The position numbers were made by a program, and so were the translations under genes. Below the pieces are notes generated by a model, which saw only the letters and a program-made list of their open reading frames with translations, did no database searches and was not told where the DNA came from. From NCBI GenBank assembly GCA_030840525.1, contig JAVEEI010000131.1:526-64525 (forward strand): a stretch of 64,000 nt of DNA, read 5' to 3'. This DNA comes from Frankiaceae bacterium. Lineage in GTDB: Bacteria > Actinomycetota > Actinomycetes > JAFAQI01. Shown piece after piece: positions 42,780 to 52,553 of the stretch; the first letter of the stretch is position 1, and every line of letters begins with the position of its first letter.

Positions 42780-45242
42780 TTACGCAGGAACCGCGTACGT
42801 CGTCGTCCGCTGGCGCGCCGGTCGGCCCGCGGCCGCCGCCATCGCGACGAGGTCGGCGACCTCCTTGCTCGAGCCGTGCGCGCTGCCGGCCATCCGGCTG
42901 ATGGTCTCCTCCATCAACGTGCCGCCGAGGTCGTTGACACCGCCGCGCAGCACGGTGACGCACGCGTCCGGGCCGAGCTTCACCCAGCTGCACTGGATGT
43001 TGTCGATCTGGCCGTGCAACAGGATCCGCGCCATCGCGTGCACGGCGCGGTTCTCCAGCACGGTCGGCCCCGGCCGGGCCAGCCCGGCGAGGTAGAGCGG
43101 CGCGTTGAGATGCACGAACGGCAGCGGCACGAACTCGGTGAACCCACCGGTCTCGTCCTGCAGCCGCGCGAGCAGCTTGAGGTGCGCGACCCAGTGCGCG
43201 GGCGTGTCGACGTGGCCGTACATCATCGTCGACGTCGTCGGGATGCCGAGCCGGTGCGCCGTCGTCACGACCTCGACCCACGTCGCCGCCGGCAGCTTGC
43301 CCTTCGTCAGGATCCAGCGCACGTCGTCGTCGAGGATCTCCGCCGCCGTACCGGGCAGCGAGTCGACGCCGGACTCCTTCGCCTTCGCCAGCCAGTCGGC
43401 GATCGACAGACCGGTGCGGGCCGCGCCGTTCACGACCTCCATCGGGCTGAACGCGTGCACGTGCAGCTGCGGCTGCCGCCGCTTCACTTCGGCGGCGAGG
43501 TCGAAGTACGCCGACCCCGGCAGGTCCGGGTGGATGCCGCCCTGCATGCAGACCTCGGTCGCGCCGGCCGCCGCGGCCTCGTCCGCGCGGACGCCGACCT
43601 GCTCGACCGACAGCGTGTAGGCGTCGGCATCGGTACGGCGCTGCGCGAACGCGCAGAACCGGCAGCCGGTGTAACAGACGTTGGTGAAGTTGATGTTGCG
43701 GTTGACCACGAACGTGACGTCGTCGCCGACGGCGTCGCGGCGCAGCCCGTCGGCGAGCGCGGCAAGCGCGTCGATCTCCGCGCCCGGCGCGGCGTCGAAC
43801 AACGTCAACGCGTCGCTGTCGGAGAGCGTCGACGGCGCGCGCTCGGCATGCCGCAACGCGGCCGCGAACTCCGCCCGGACGCGGTCGCTGCGCTGCCGCT
43901 TCTTTTGCTCGAGCTGCGGCACCGCGAGCGAGCCCCAGTCGCCGTACGCGGTGTCGAAGTCGGAGCGGCGGTCGGCCGAACGTCCGTCGGTGTCGATGCT
44001 GCGGTGCAGGTCGGTCCGGCCGCCGTCGGACCAGCCGCCGTCGGGCTCCTGCCAGGGCAGGCCGCGCGGCAGCATGTCGACGCGGGCGAGACCGCGATCG
44101 TCGGCGAGCGCGGCGACGTGCGGCCGCAGCCGCGGGTCCAGCCAGGGCTCGTCGAGGTACGGCGGGTGCGCGGCCAGCCGCTCGGTCAACACGAAACCCG
44201 CGGCGCCGGTGACGGCGGCGAGGTCGTCGAGGTGCGGCCACGGGCGTTCCGGGTTCACGTGGTCGGGAGTGAGTGGCGAGACGCCGCCCCAGTCGTCGAC
44301 GCCGGCCGCGAGCAGCCGCCGGCACTCGTCGAGGTCGACAAGGTTCGGCGGCGCCTGCACCCGCACGCCGGGACCGAGCAGGATCCGAGCAACCGCAACG
44401 GTCGCGACGTAGTCGTCGAGGTCGCAGTCCGGCGCCGCCTGCATCGCGGTCGCCGGCTTCGCGCGGAAGTTCTGCACGATGACTTCCTGCACGTGCCGGT
44501 ACTGCCGCGACAGCGCGCGCAGCGCGAACACCGACGCGACTCGGTCGGCGTACGTCTCGCCGATGCCGACGAGGATCCCGGTGGTGAACGCGACCGACGA
44601 GCGGCCGGCGTCTTCGATGCAGCGCAGCCGCACCGCGGGCACCTTGTCCGGGCTGCCGCGATGCGCCGCGACGTCGCCGGTCGTCTCGAGCATCAGCCCC
44701 ATCGACGGCGCGACCGGCTTGAGCCGTTGCAGCTCCTCCCACGACATGACGCCGGGGTTGAGATGCGGCAGCAGGCCGGTCTCTTCGAGCACCCGGATCG
44801 CCATCGCGCGGACGTAGTCGAGCGTCGTCGCGTACCCCGCCTCGGCCAGCCACTGCGCGGCTTGCGGCCACCGCATCTCGGGCCGGTCGCCGAGGGTGAA
44901 CAGCGCCTCCTTGCAACCGAGCACCGCGCCCCGGCGCGCGATGTCGAGCACCTCGTTCTCGGTGAGGTACGGCGCCGGCAGCCGGCCCGGTGTCGTCGCG
45001 AACGTGCAGTAGTGGCAGCGGTCGCGACACAACCGCGTCAGGGGGATGAAAACCTTGCGGCTGTAGGTGATCGTGCCCGGCCGGCCGAGCTCGGCGAGGC
45101 CGGTGTCGCGCACCCGCGCCGCGGTCGCGCACAACTCGTCGAGCGCCTCGCCGCGTGCGGACAGCAGCGTTTCGGCTTCGCTGTTGTCGAGGGTCTTGCC
45201 GGCGGCGGCGCGGGCGAGCGCACGTCGCAGCCCGCTGTCCAT
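42780..45242 (-). CDS. fbiC: FO synthase, bifunctional CofG/CofH (FbiC)
   Basis: 820 aa with two radical-SAM CxxxCxxC motifs ([10 protein letters not shown]; [10 protein letters not shown]) and a typical FbiC N-terminus. Confidence 0.95.
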   Translation of the reverse strand: MDSGLRRALARAAAGKTLDNSEAETLLSARGEALDELCATAARVRDTGLAELGRPGTITYSRKVFIPLTRLCRDRCHYCTFATTPGRLPAPYLTENEVLDIARRGAVLGCKEALFTLGDRPEMRWPQAAQWLAEAGYATTLDYVRAMAIRVLEETGLLPHLNPGVMSWEELQRLKPVAPSMGLMLETTGDVAAHRGSPDKVPAVRLRCIEDAGRSSVAFTTGILVGIGETYADRVASVFALRALSRQYRHVQEVIVQNFRAKPATAMQAAPDCDLDDYVATVAVARILLGPGVRVQAPPNLVDLDECRRLLAAGVDDWGGVSPLTPDHVNPERPWPHLDDLAAVTGAAGFVLTERLAAHPPYLDEPWLDPRLRPHVAALADDRGLARVDMLPRGLPWQEPDGGWSDGGRTDLHRSIDTDGRSADRRSDFDTAYGDWGSLAVPQLEQKKRQRSDRVRAEFAAALRHAERAPSTLSDSDALTLFDAAPGAEIDALAALADGLRRDAVGDDVTFVVNRNINFTNVCYTGCRFCAFAQRRTDADAYTLSVEQVGVRADEAAAAGATEVCMQGGIHPDLPGSAYFDLAAEVKRRQPQLHVHAFSPMEVVNGAARTGLSIADWLAKAKESGVDSLPGTAAEILDDDVRWILTKGKLPAATWVEVVTTAHRLGIPTTSTMMYGHVDTPAHWVAHLKLLARLQDETGGFTEFVPLPFVHLNAPLYLAGLARPGPTVLENRAVHAMARILLHGQIDNIQCSWVKLGPDACVTVLRGGVNDLGGTLMEETISRMAGSAHGSSKEVADLVAMAAAAGRPARQRTTTYAVPA

Positions 45243-45279
45243 GTCTCGACCCTACGCGGGTGCTGAAAGACTGCCGCTC

Positions 45280-46236
45280 ATGCGGATCACGGTGCTGGCC
45301 GGCGGCATCGGCGGCGCGCGCTTTCTCACCGGACTGCGCACGCTGGGCCACGACATCACGGTGATCGGCAACAACGGCGACGACGTCACGATGTACGGGC
45401 TGCGCATCTGCCCGGACCTCGACACCGTGATGTACACGCTCGGCGGCGGCATCAGCGCCGAGCGCGGCTGGGGGCGCGAGGACGAGACGTTCCGGGTGCG
45501 CGACGACATCGGCGCGTACGTCGGCGCGAGCGGCACCGACGACCTGCCGTCGTGGTTCGGTCTCGGCGACCTCGACCTCGCGACGCACCTGGTCCGGGCG
45601 CACTGGCTGGCCGAGGGGGTGCCGCTGTCGGCGGTGACGGCGCGGCTGTGCGCGCGGTGGGACCCCGGCGTACGGCTGCTCCCGTCGACCGACGACCGGG
45701 TCGAGACGCACGTGACCCTTGCCCACGGGGAACGCGTGCACTTCCAGGAGTGGTGGGTCCGGTTGCACGCGTCGGTGCCCGCGACCGCGATCGAGCTGTT
45801 CGGTGCGTCCGAGGCACGGCCCGCGCCCGGCGTCCTCGACGCGATCGCGGGCGCGGACGTCGTCGTGCTGCCGCCGAGCAACCCGGTCGTCAGCGTCGGG
45901 ACCATCCTCGCCGTACCCGGGATCCGCGACGCGGTCGTCGCGACGAGCGCGCCGGTCGTCGGGGTGTCGCCGATCGTCGGCGGCGCACCGGTCCGCGGCA
46001 TGGCCGACGCGTGCCTCGCCGCGATCGGGGTGGAGACGTCGGCGTACGCCGTCGCCCGCCACTACGGCGAGCTTCTCGACGGCTGGCTCGTCGACGAGGG
46101 CGACAAGGCGGACGCGGACCGGCTCAACGAGGAGGGCCTGCCGGCCCGCGCCGCACCGCTGCTGATGACCGACGTGGACGCGACCGCACGGATCGCGGAT
46201 GCCGCGCTGAGCCTGGCCGCGGACGTCCGGAAGTGA
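45280..46236 (+). CDS. fbiA: 2-phospho-L-lactate transferase CofD (FbiA)
   Basis: [20 protein letters not shown]-terminus and a CofD/YvcK fold. ATG at 45280, 37 bp from the divergent fbiC. Confidence 0.9.
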   Translation: MRITVLAGGIGGARFLTGLRTLGHDITVIGNNGDDVTMYGLRICPDLDTVMYTLGGGISAERGWGREDETFRVRDDIGAYVGASGTDDLPSWFGLGDLDLATHLVRAHWLAEGVPLSAVTARLCARWDPGVRLLPSTDDRVETHVTLAHGERVHFQEWWVRLHASVPATAIELFGASEARPAPGVLDAIAGADVVVLPPSNPVVSVGTILAVPGIRDAVVATSAPVVGVSPIVGGAPVRGMADACLAAIGVETSAYAVARHYGELLDGWLVDEGDKADADRLNEEGLPARAAPLLMTDVDATARIADAALSLAADVRK

Positions 46237-47276
46237 TCCGCATCTGGGGTGTCGACGGCATCCCGGAGATCACCGCCGGCGACGACCTCGCCGCCGTCAT
46301 CGCGTCGCGCAAGCCCGGCCTGCGCGACGGCGACATCGTCGTGGTCACCAGCAAGGTCGTGAGCAAGAGCGAGGGGCGGCTGGTCGCCGGCGACACCCGC
46401 GACGCGGCCATCGACGCCGAGACGGTGCGGGTGGTCGCGCGCCGCGGCGACCTGCGGATCGTCGAGACGCGGCACGGCCTGGTGCTGGCGGCGGCTGGCG
46501 TCGACGCGAGCAACGTCCCGGCCGGGACGGTCGCGCTGCTTCCGGTCGACCCGGACGCGTCCGCGGCGCGGCTGCGGGCCGGGCTGCACGACCGGCTCGG
46601 CATCGACGTCGGCGTACTCGTCACCGACACGATGGGCCGGCCGTGGCGCAACGGGCTCGTCGACGTCGCGATCGGCGCTTCGGGCGTCGTAGTCCTGGAC
46701 GACCACCGCGGCCGGGTCGACGACCACGGGCACACGCTGGAGATGACGGTCACCGCGCTCGCGGACGAGGTCGCGGCCGCGGCCGAGCTGGTGAAAGGGA
46801 AGCTCGACAAGGTGCCCGTGGCGGTCGTCCGCGGGCTGGGCCATCTCGTCGGCGGCGACTCGGCCGGACGCGCGGCCGACCTGGTCCGCCCGCCGGACGA
46901 GGACCTTTTCCGCTGGGGCGCCCGCGAGGCCGTGCAGGCGGCGCTTAACACCGCCCGTCTGCGCGCCCAAGGCACACTTGAGGGTGCGCCGGACGAAGTG
47001 GTCGATGCTGCGATCGCCGCAGTCCACTCGGATGGCGTGGTCCTCGTGCCGGTTTCGTCGGGCGACAGCCGCGTCGGCCACGTGCTCGCGTGCGTTCAGC
47101 GCGGTGAGGTGATCGACGAAGCTCAAGTACTTTCTGTCGGCAGGGTCGCCGAACGATTCGCGCTTTGGGTCGTCACCGAGGGCTGGTCGGCTGTCGTGAC
47201 GTCGTCGGCAACCGGAACAGCGCCCGCCGGGCTCGTCGCGGTGGCCACCATCCAAATGTCGAAGCTCGCTGAGTGA
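46233..47276 (+). CDS. fbiB: Coenzyme F420:L-glutamate ligase CofE (FbiB), short form
   Basis: GTGA overlap with cofD. CofE domain ([20 protein letters not shown]...[13 protein letters not shown]...[11 protein letters not shown]). It is only 347 aa, against about 448 aa for mycobacterial FbiB. Confidence 0.85.
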   Translation: MIRIWGVDGIPEITAGDDLAAVIASRKPGLRDGDIVVVTSKVVSKSEGRLVAGDTRDAAIDAETVRVVARRGDLRIVETRHGLVLAAAGVDASNVPAGTVALLPVDPDASAARLRAGLHDRLGIDVGVLVTDTMGRPWRNGLVDVAIGASGVVVLDDHRGRVDDHGHTLEMTVTALADEVAAAAELVKGKLDKVPVAVVRGLGHLVGGDSAGRAADLVRPPDEDLFRWGAREAVQAALNTARLRAQGTLEGAPDEVVDAAIAAVHSDGVVLVPVSSGDSRVGHVLACVQRGEVIDEAQVLSVGRVAERFALWVVTEGWSAVVTSSATGTAPAGLVAVATIQMSKLAE

Positions 47277-47368
47277 CTGCACGAGGCTGGGCGCTTGACC
47301 GATCGGCTCAGTCTTGACCGCTCTCGACGATCGGGTCGAAGGGAGCGCGACGGGCGTGACCGGAGTGT

Positions 47369-47893
47369 CTAGTCGTCCTCATCCGTGGAAACCGTGTCGG
47401 AGGAAGTGGCGCGCAGCTGCCGGGTAACTCCGAGGACGCCCACCGCGACGATGCCGGTACCGAAGATTGCGACTCCAACCGCCGTGGCGCCCGTCACGAT
47501 CGCGACGAAGCCGGCAGCGATCAGCGCCAATGCCAACAGGAACTGCAATACGGTGCCAAGCCGGGTGATGCGAGCTGGCGCGAGCTCCAGCTCGTGCCGG
47601 TGCCGCTGCTCGTCCCGAATGATGTCGATGATCTCCCGGGCGGCACCCTCCCCGAGGACCGAGTCGTACTGGGCAAGCATCTCCGGGTCGGGCCACGGAG
47701 ACGGCTCCGATGACGAGATGTGCAACGCCGCGAGGATGAACTCGACCGTGGCCTTGTCGACGTTCGGAGGCAGTTGCGCGAGTAGATCGTCGAATCCGCC
47801 CTGAGCCTCGCGGGGTACCACCTCGCCGGCCGAAGGCTGCTGAGACTCCGCGCCGGCTTCCCGCCGGGGACGGTCCGCCCCGGCCTCGCTCAA
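47369..47893 (-). CDS. DUF2335-domain membrane protein
   Basis: LAQYDSVLGEGAAREIIDIIRDEQRHRHELE followed by two TM helices. Local GC is visibly lower than the flanks. Confidence 0.6.
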   Translation of the reverse strand: MSEAGADRPRREAGAESQQPSAGEVVPREAQGGFDDLLAQLPPNVDKATVEFILAALHISSSEPSPWPDPEMLAQYDSVLGEGAAREIIDIIRDEQRHRHELELAPARITRLGTVLQFLLALALIAAGFVAIVTGATAVGVAIFGTGIVAVGVLGVTRQLRATSSDTVSTDEDD

Positions 47894-48309
47894 CGCCCGA
47901 TGCCGCGCATCGCTGCCTGACCGGGCCCGCCCGCGGCTATCCAGTTATCCATGCGCTTGTATGCGGCGGTCATGTCACGAGCTACGGCCTGCGCGTCTCC
48001 CGCCGGACCACCCGACCGGCCTGTCTTGAGCTGCTGACGCAACATCCGTCCAGCGCCCTTAGGGTCGATCAGAGCGTTGCTGACTAACGCAGCGGGCAAG
48101 ACCGGGTGGCTCTTGCCCGAACCCCTGGTCCCCCGGAAAACAAGACCCTCATGCCCATGGCTTCTGATGGCACTGCAGGTCGGGCACGCCTTCTTCCGGA
48201 TGGGCAGCATGTAAGCGTTCGTCGAGGCCCACTTTGAAGAGTTGGACAGGCGGAAGCCCTTCGCGGCGCTGCCGACCTTTACGATCGGCCGGCGCGGGGT
48301 CTTCGCCAT
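47890..48309 (-). CDS. Hypothetical basic protein with a CPTC motif
   Basis: ATG (MAKTPRRPIVKVGSAAKGFRLS...) preceded by aggagt at -6. Its stop abuts the DUF2335 start. Lower GC. No family recognised. Confidence 0.45.
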   Translation of the reverse strand: MAKTPRRPIVKVGSAAKGFRLSNSSKWASTNAYMLPIRKKACPTCSAIRSHGHEGLVFRGTRGSGKSHPVLPAALVSNALIDPKGAGRMLRQQLKTGRSGGPAGDAQAVARDMTAAYKRMDNWIAAGGPGQAAMRGIGR

Positions 48310-48497
48310 CGGACTCCTATCGGGCGGCGGGGCCTCGCAGCCAAGCCTAGTCACTCTCTGCGCATGTCATCGGCCAGCGGGCGGCGGCGATGAAGTCGTG
48401 TCGAACGCTACCGAGCATGTGAATGACACCGCAACGGCCCAACGCCCTCACTCGCCGTCATCTTCCGCGAGGCGCGTCGGGGTGGAATCTGCACCGG

Positions 48498-49418
48498 CTA
48501 GATCGCGCGGATGTCGCCGACCGGCATGCGCGGGCCGAACTTCGGCTTCTGCGCGCCGGACAGCTCCACCAGCCGGACGGCGCGCTGGCGATGCCCCGGG
48601 TACGCCGCCAGCACCTCCATCATCTCGTCGTCGTCGATGGGCCGGCCGAGCAGCGCCCAGCCGACGAGGGCCGGCACGTGGTAGTCGCCGTACGACACCT
48701 CGTCGGGGTCGCCCCAGGCGCGCTGCGCAACTTCCGCTGCCGTCCACCGCCCGACGCCGGGCACGGAACGCAACCGGCGCAGCCGCTCGTCACGAGGCAG
48801 CTCGATGCTCTCGTCGAGCCGGTGCGCGACCGCGGCCGCGCGCAGCACGGTCCGCGCCCGGCCGGGGTCGACGTTGGCGCGGTGCCACTCCCACGACGGG
48901 ATCCGCCGCCAGACCTCCGGGCCCGGGAAGACGCGCATGCCGTCCGGGGCCGGCCCGGGCGCGGGCTCGCCGTATCGGCGGACGAGGTGCCGCCAGGACC
49001 GCCGCGCCTCCTTGCCGGTGACGCGCTGCTCCAGCACGGCCGGCACCAACAGCTCGAACACCAGGCCGAGCCGGCACAGCCGCAGGTGCGGCAGCCGGCG
49101 CCACGTCTGCGCGACCAGCTCGTGCGCCGGCCGGAACCCGGTGACGTCGTCCGCGGCGCCGAGCAGGTCGGGCACCCGGGCGAGCATCCACTCGCGGCCC
49201 GGGCCCCACGCCCGCGCGTCGACCTCGCGGTCGCGTACGGCGAGGCGCAGGGTGACCGGCCCGTCGGGGGTGCGCGCGGTGCGCCACAGCGCCCCGTCCG
49301 GCCCGACCTGCTGCGTCGGGTCGCCCGGGCCGCGCTGCAAGGCGCCGAGCGTCAGGGTCAGCGAGACGGGAGCGGGCGCGGTCCACGCCGTCGCCACCTC
49401 GTCCGCGCACATCCCCAC
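48498..49418 (-). CDS. DNA-3-methyladenine glycosylase II-like (HhH-GPD family, AlkA-type)
   Basis: HhH-GPD segment (LRSVPGVGRWTAAEVAQRAWGDPDEVSYGDYHV) with the catalytic Asp context. Confidence 0.7.
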   Translation of the reverse strand: MGMCADEVATAWTAPAPVSLTLTLGALQRGPGDPTQQVGPDGALWRTARTPDGPVTLRLAVRDREVDARAWGPGREWMLARVPDLLGAADDVTGFRPAHELVAQTWRRLPHLRLCRLGLVFELLVPAVLEQRVTGKEARRSWRHLVRRYGEPAPGPAPDGMRVFPGPEVWRRIPSWEWHRANVDPGRARTVLRAAAVAHRLDESIELPRDERLRRLRSVPGVGRWTAAEVAQRAWGDPDEVSYGDYHVPALVGWALLGRPIDDDEMMEVLAAYPGHRQRAVRLVELSGAQKPKFGPRMPVGDIRAI

Positions 49419-49487
49419 GATTGTGGCTTGTCGACCTAGACTCGTCGGCCAGACCTACGGCCGCGCAGCACGACCAGGAGAAGTTCG

Positions 49488-50354
49488 GTGCCCAAGAACT
49501 CGAACCGTCGCAACGACGTGCGGCGGGCCAACAAGGACCGCAGGGCCCGCCTCGACGAGATGCGCCGCCAGCAGCGGGCCGCCGAGCGCCGCAAGAACAT
49601 GCTGACGTTCGGCTCCGCGATCGTCGTCGCGTTGCTGCTCGTGGGCACCGCGATCCTGCTCGCGTACAACAAGGCGCAGGCCAACGACGCGAAGAACCAC
49701 AAGGTCGCCAACACGCTCAACGCCGAGAAGAAGGAAGGCCACCAGAGCAAGCCGACCGCGGCCGAGCTCAGGGACGGCTGCACCGGCGTGCACACCGACC
49801 CGCTGGCCAAGGCGCGCGACCACGTCGCGACCCCGATCGACTACTCGCAGCAGCTCTACGGCGACACCGCCGACGGCGCGGCGCCGATCCCGCCGAGCGG
49901 CGGCAAGCACAACGGCTTGTCCCTCGGCGACACCACCCGCTTCTACCCGCTGTCCGAGAAGCCGCGGCCCGAGCGCGCGGTGCACAACCTCGAGCACGGT
50001 TACGTCGTGATCTGGTACGACGCGCAGCTGCCGGCGGCGCAGGTGCAGCTGTTGAACAGCATCGCCCGCGACCCGAGCATGAGCCGGCTGCTCGTCGTCG
50101 GCTGGTGGGAGGGCGACCTCCCGCTCGGCAAGCACGTGGTCATGACGTCGTGGCAGAAGACCGACCGGTGCTCGTCGATCGACACCGCGGCCGTGCGCGA
50201 GTTCTACACCGTGCACCACGACGCGCCGAACGCGCCCGAGCACAACTACCCGCCGATCCAGGGCGCCGACTCTGTCCCGCCGGGTCAGCTGCCGGGCCAG
50301 AAGCCCACGCCGTCGGCGTCGACGAGCCCGAGTCCGAGCAGCACCAAGAAGTAG
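49488..50354 (+). CDS. DUF3105-domain membrane-anchored protein
   Basis: GTG preceded by aggaga. Basic N-terminus, one TM helix, then HNLEHGYVVIWYD typical of DUF3105. Confidence 0.7.
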   Translation: MPKNSNRRNDVRRANKDRRARLDEMRRQQRAAERRKNMLTFGSAIVVALLLVGTAILLAYNKAQANDAKNHKVANTLNAEKKEGHQSKPTAAELRDGCTGVHTDPLAKARDHVATPIDYSQQLYGDTADGAAPIPPSGGKHNGLSLGDTTRFYPLSEKPRPERAVHNLEHGYVVIWYDAQLPAAQVQLLNSIARDPSMSRLLVVGWWEGDLPLGKHVVMTSWQKTDRCSSIDTAAVREFYTVHHDAPNAPEHNYPPIQGADSVPPGQLPGQKPTPSASTSPSPSSTKK

Positions 50355-50355
50355 C

Positions 50356-51339
50356 TCAGCCGAGCGAGGCGCCGTCGGCGACGACTGCGTCGGCGAGGAC
50401 GCAGCCGGGCCCGACCACGGCGCCCGCGCCGATCGCGGAGCGGGTCACGACCGCGCCCGCGCCGATGCGTACGCCGTGCTGCACGACGGACGCCGCGACG
50501 ACGGCGCCGGCTCCGACCTCGACGCCCGGGCCCAGCGCCGTACCGCCGACCACCGACGCGGACGGGTCGACCGTCGCCGTCGGGTCGACGAGCACGTCCG
50601 TCCCGTTCGGGCGGTACGCCGGCGACGCGACGACGCCGGTGACGATGTCGACGCCGGCCTGCACGTACGCCGCCGGCGTGCCGACGTCGAGCCAGTAGGA
50701 GTCGTCGACGACGCCGACGACGGGCGCGCCGCCGGCGAGCAGCGCCGGGAACGTCTCGCGCTCGACCGACACGACCGTGCCGGCGGGGATCGCGTCGACC
50801 ACCGCGCGGTCGAGGACGTAACAGCCGGCGTTGATCTGCCGCGACACCGGGTTCGGCATCTTCTCGTGGAACGCGAGCACCCGCCCGGCGGCGTCGGTCG
50901 GCACGCACCCGTACGCGCGCGCGTCCTCGACGGTGACGAGGTGCAGCGTCGCGACCGCGCCGGTCGACTCGTGCGTCGCGACCTGCGCGGCGAGGTCGTG
51001 GCCGGAGAGCACGTCGCCGTTCTGTACGACGACCGGGTCGTCGCCGCCGTCCAGCGCGGCGGCCGCGTTGCGAATCGCGCCACCGGTGCCGAGCGGCTCC
51101 GTCTCGACGACGTACGACAGCCGCAGGCCGAGACTCGCGCCGTCGCCGAAGTGCGCGGCGAAGACCTCGGCGCGGTAGCTGGTCGCGAGGACGACGTGGT
51201 CGAAGCCGGCGGCCGCGAGCCGGGCGAGCTGGTGGGTGACGAACGGGACGCCGGCCACCGGCAGCATCGGCTTCGGCGTCGTCAGCGTCAGCGGGCGGAG
51301 CCGGGTGCCCTGCCCGCCGACGAGCAGGATGGCCTGCAC
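50356..51339 (-). CDS. Mannose-1-phosphate guanylyltransferase (nucleotidyltransferase + LbH)
   Basis: MQAILLVGGQGTRLRPLT...GGAIRNAA nucleotidyltransferase motifs and C-terminal left-handed β-helix hexapeptide repeats. Confidence 0.85.
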   Translation of the reverse strand: MQAILLVGGQGTRLRPLTLTTPKPMLPVAGVPFVTHQLARLAAAGFDHVVLATSYRAEVFAAHFGDGASLGLRLSYVVETEPLGTGGAIRNAAAALDGGDDPVVVQNGDVLSGHDLAAQVATHESTGAVATLHLVTVEDARAYGCVPTDAAGRVLAFHEKMPNPVSRQINAGCYVLDRAVVDAIPAGTVVSVERETFPALLAGGAPVVGVVDDSYWLDVGTPAAYVQAGVDIVTGVVASPAYRPNGTDVLVDPTATVDPSASVVGGTALGPGVEVGAGAVVAASVVQHGVRIGAGAVVTRSAIGAGAVVGPGCVLADAVVADGASLG

Positions 51340-51352
51340 CGCGGCGACGTCT

Positions 51353-52480
51353 TCAGCCCTGTTGGGCCGCGCGCTGGTAGGACGCCATGTGCGCCTCCGC
51401 GCTCGCCGCCCAGGTGAACTCGCGGGCCCGGGCCAGCGCGGCCTGACCGAGCGACGCCCGGCGCGCGCCGTCGTCGAGCAGCGCGGTCAGCGCGGTCGCG
51501 ATGTCGTCGGCGCCCGGCTCGGTGTAGGCGACCGCGTCGCCGCCGACCTCGGGCAGCGACAGCCGGTGCGTCGTGAGTACCGCGGCGCCGCACGCCATCG
51601 CCTCCAGCACCGGCAGGCCGAAACCCTCGCCATGACTGGGAAACGAGACGACCGTCGCGCCGCCGAGGTAGCCGGGCAGGTCGGCGAAGCGCAGGTATCC
51701 GGGGCGCACGACCCGCAGGTGCGACGGCACCTCGGCGATGGCCGCGTCGACCTCGTCGTCCCACCCGCTGCCGCCGGCGAGGACGAGGGCCGGCGGGTCG
51801 TCGCGCCAGTGCACGGCCTGGACCCAGCCGCGGATCAGGTTGGGCACGTTCTTGCGCGGCTCGAGCACGCCGAGGAACGCGATGTACGCGCCGCGCAGGC
51901 CGAGCCGCGCCGCGACCCGCGCCTTCTCCGCGTCGGTCGGCACGTGGAACACCTCGGGGTCGACGCCGTGGTAGGCGACGTCGACCGAGGTGGGGTCGGC
52001 GTCGAGGACGCGCACGAGCTCGTCGCGGGTCGCCTTGCTCGGCACGATTACCCGGGCGGCGCGGCGCAGCGCCGTACGGGTCGCGGACCGGAAGAACGTG
52101 CCCTTCACCGAGGTGTGCTGCTCGGGCTGGGTGAAGAACGTGACGTCGTGGATCGTGACGACGACGGGGCGGCCGACCCGCAGCGGCATCGTGTAGTGCG
52201 GCGAGTGGACGACCTCGGCGCCGAGCTGTTGCGCGACTAGCGGCAGGCCGGTCTGCTCCCAGGCGAGCCGGGCCGGGCGGTGCGCGATCGCGGCCGGGCC
52301 GGGCACGACCTCGACCAGGTCGGACATGCGGCTGTAGCGCTCGGCGTCGGCCCGCTGGCACACGACGGCGAGGTCGGCGCCGGCACGCGCGAGTGCGGGG
52401 ATGAGGCCGTCGACGTAACGTCCGACCCCGCCGCGGTCGGCGGGCACTGCCGTCGCGTCGACCAGCACACGGGGGGCCAC
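51353..52480 (-). CDS. Family 4 glycosyltransferase (GT-B; likely mannosyltransferase)
   Basis: GT4 C-terminal EX7E-type region (FPSHGEGFGLPVLEAMACGAAV). 375 aa with a GTG start. Confidence 0.85.
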   Translation of the reverse strand: MAPRVLVDATAVPADRGGVGRYVDGLIPALARAGADLAVVCQRADAERYSRMSDLVEVVPGPAAIAHRPARLAWEQTGLPLVAQQLGAEVVHSPHYTMPLRVGRPVVVTIHDVTFFTQPEQHTSVKGTFFRSATRTALRRAARVIVPSKATRDELVRVLDADPTSVDVAYHGVDPEVFHVPTDAEKARVAARLGLRGAYIAFLGVLEPRKNVPNLIRGWVQAVHWRDDPPALVLAGGSGWDDEVDAAIAEVPSHLRVVRPGYLRFADLPGYLGGATVVSFPSHGEGFGLPVLEAMACGAAVLTTHRLSLPEVGGDAVAYTEPGADDIATALTALLDDGARRASLGQAALARAREFTWAASAEAHMASYQRAAQQG

Positions 52481-52553
52481 TGTGCGGCTCCCTCCCGGTC
52501 TGTCTCGATCTGGTCTCGTCTGTCGGCTAGCAGCCTACGCCGCTCGCCGCGGC

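Noticed and set aside
40642-46062. Single 1806-aa minus-strand ORF
   Set aside because: Only the last about 703 codons, from the GTG at 42750, are credible. The upstream part runs out of frame through fbiC, which has its own TAA at 42780-42782 in another frame, and is antisense to fbiA.
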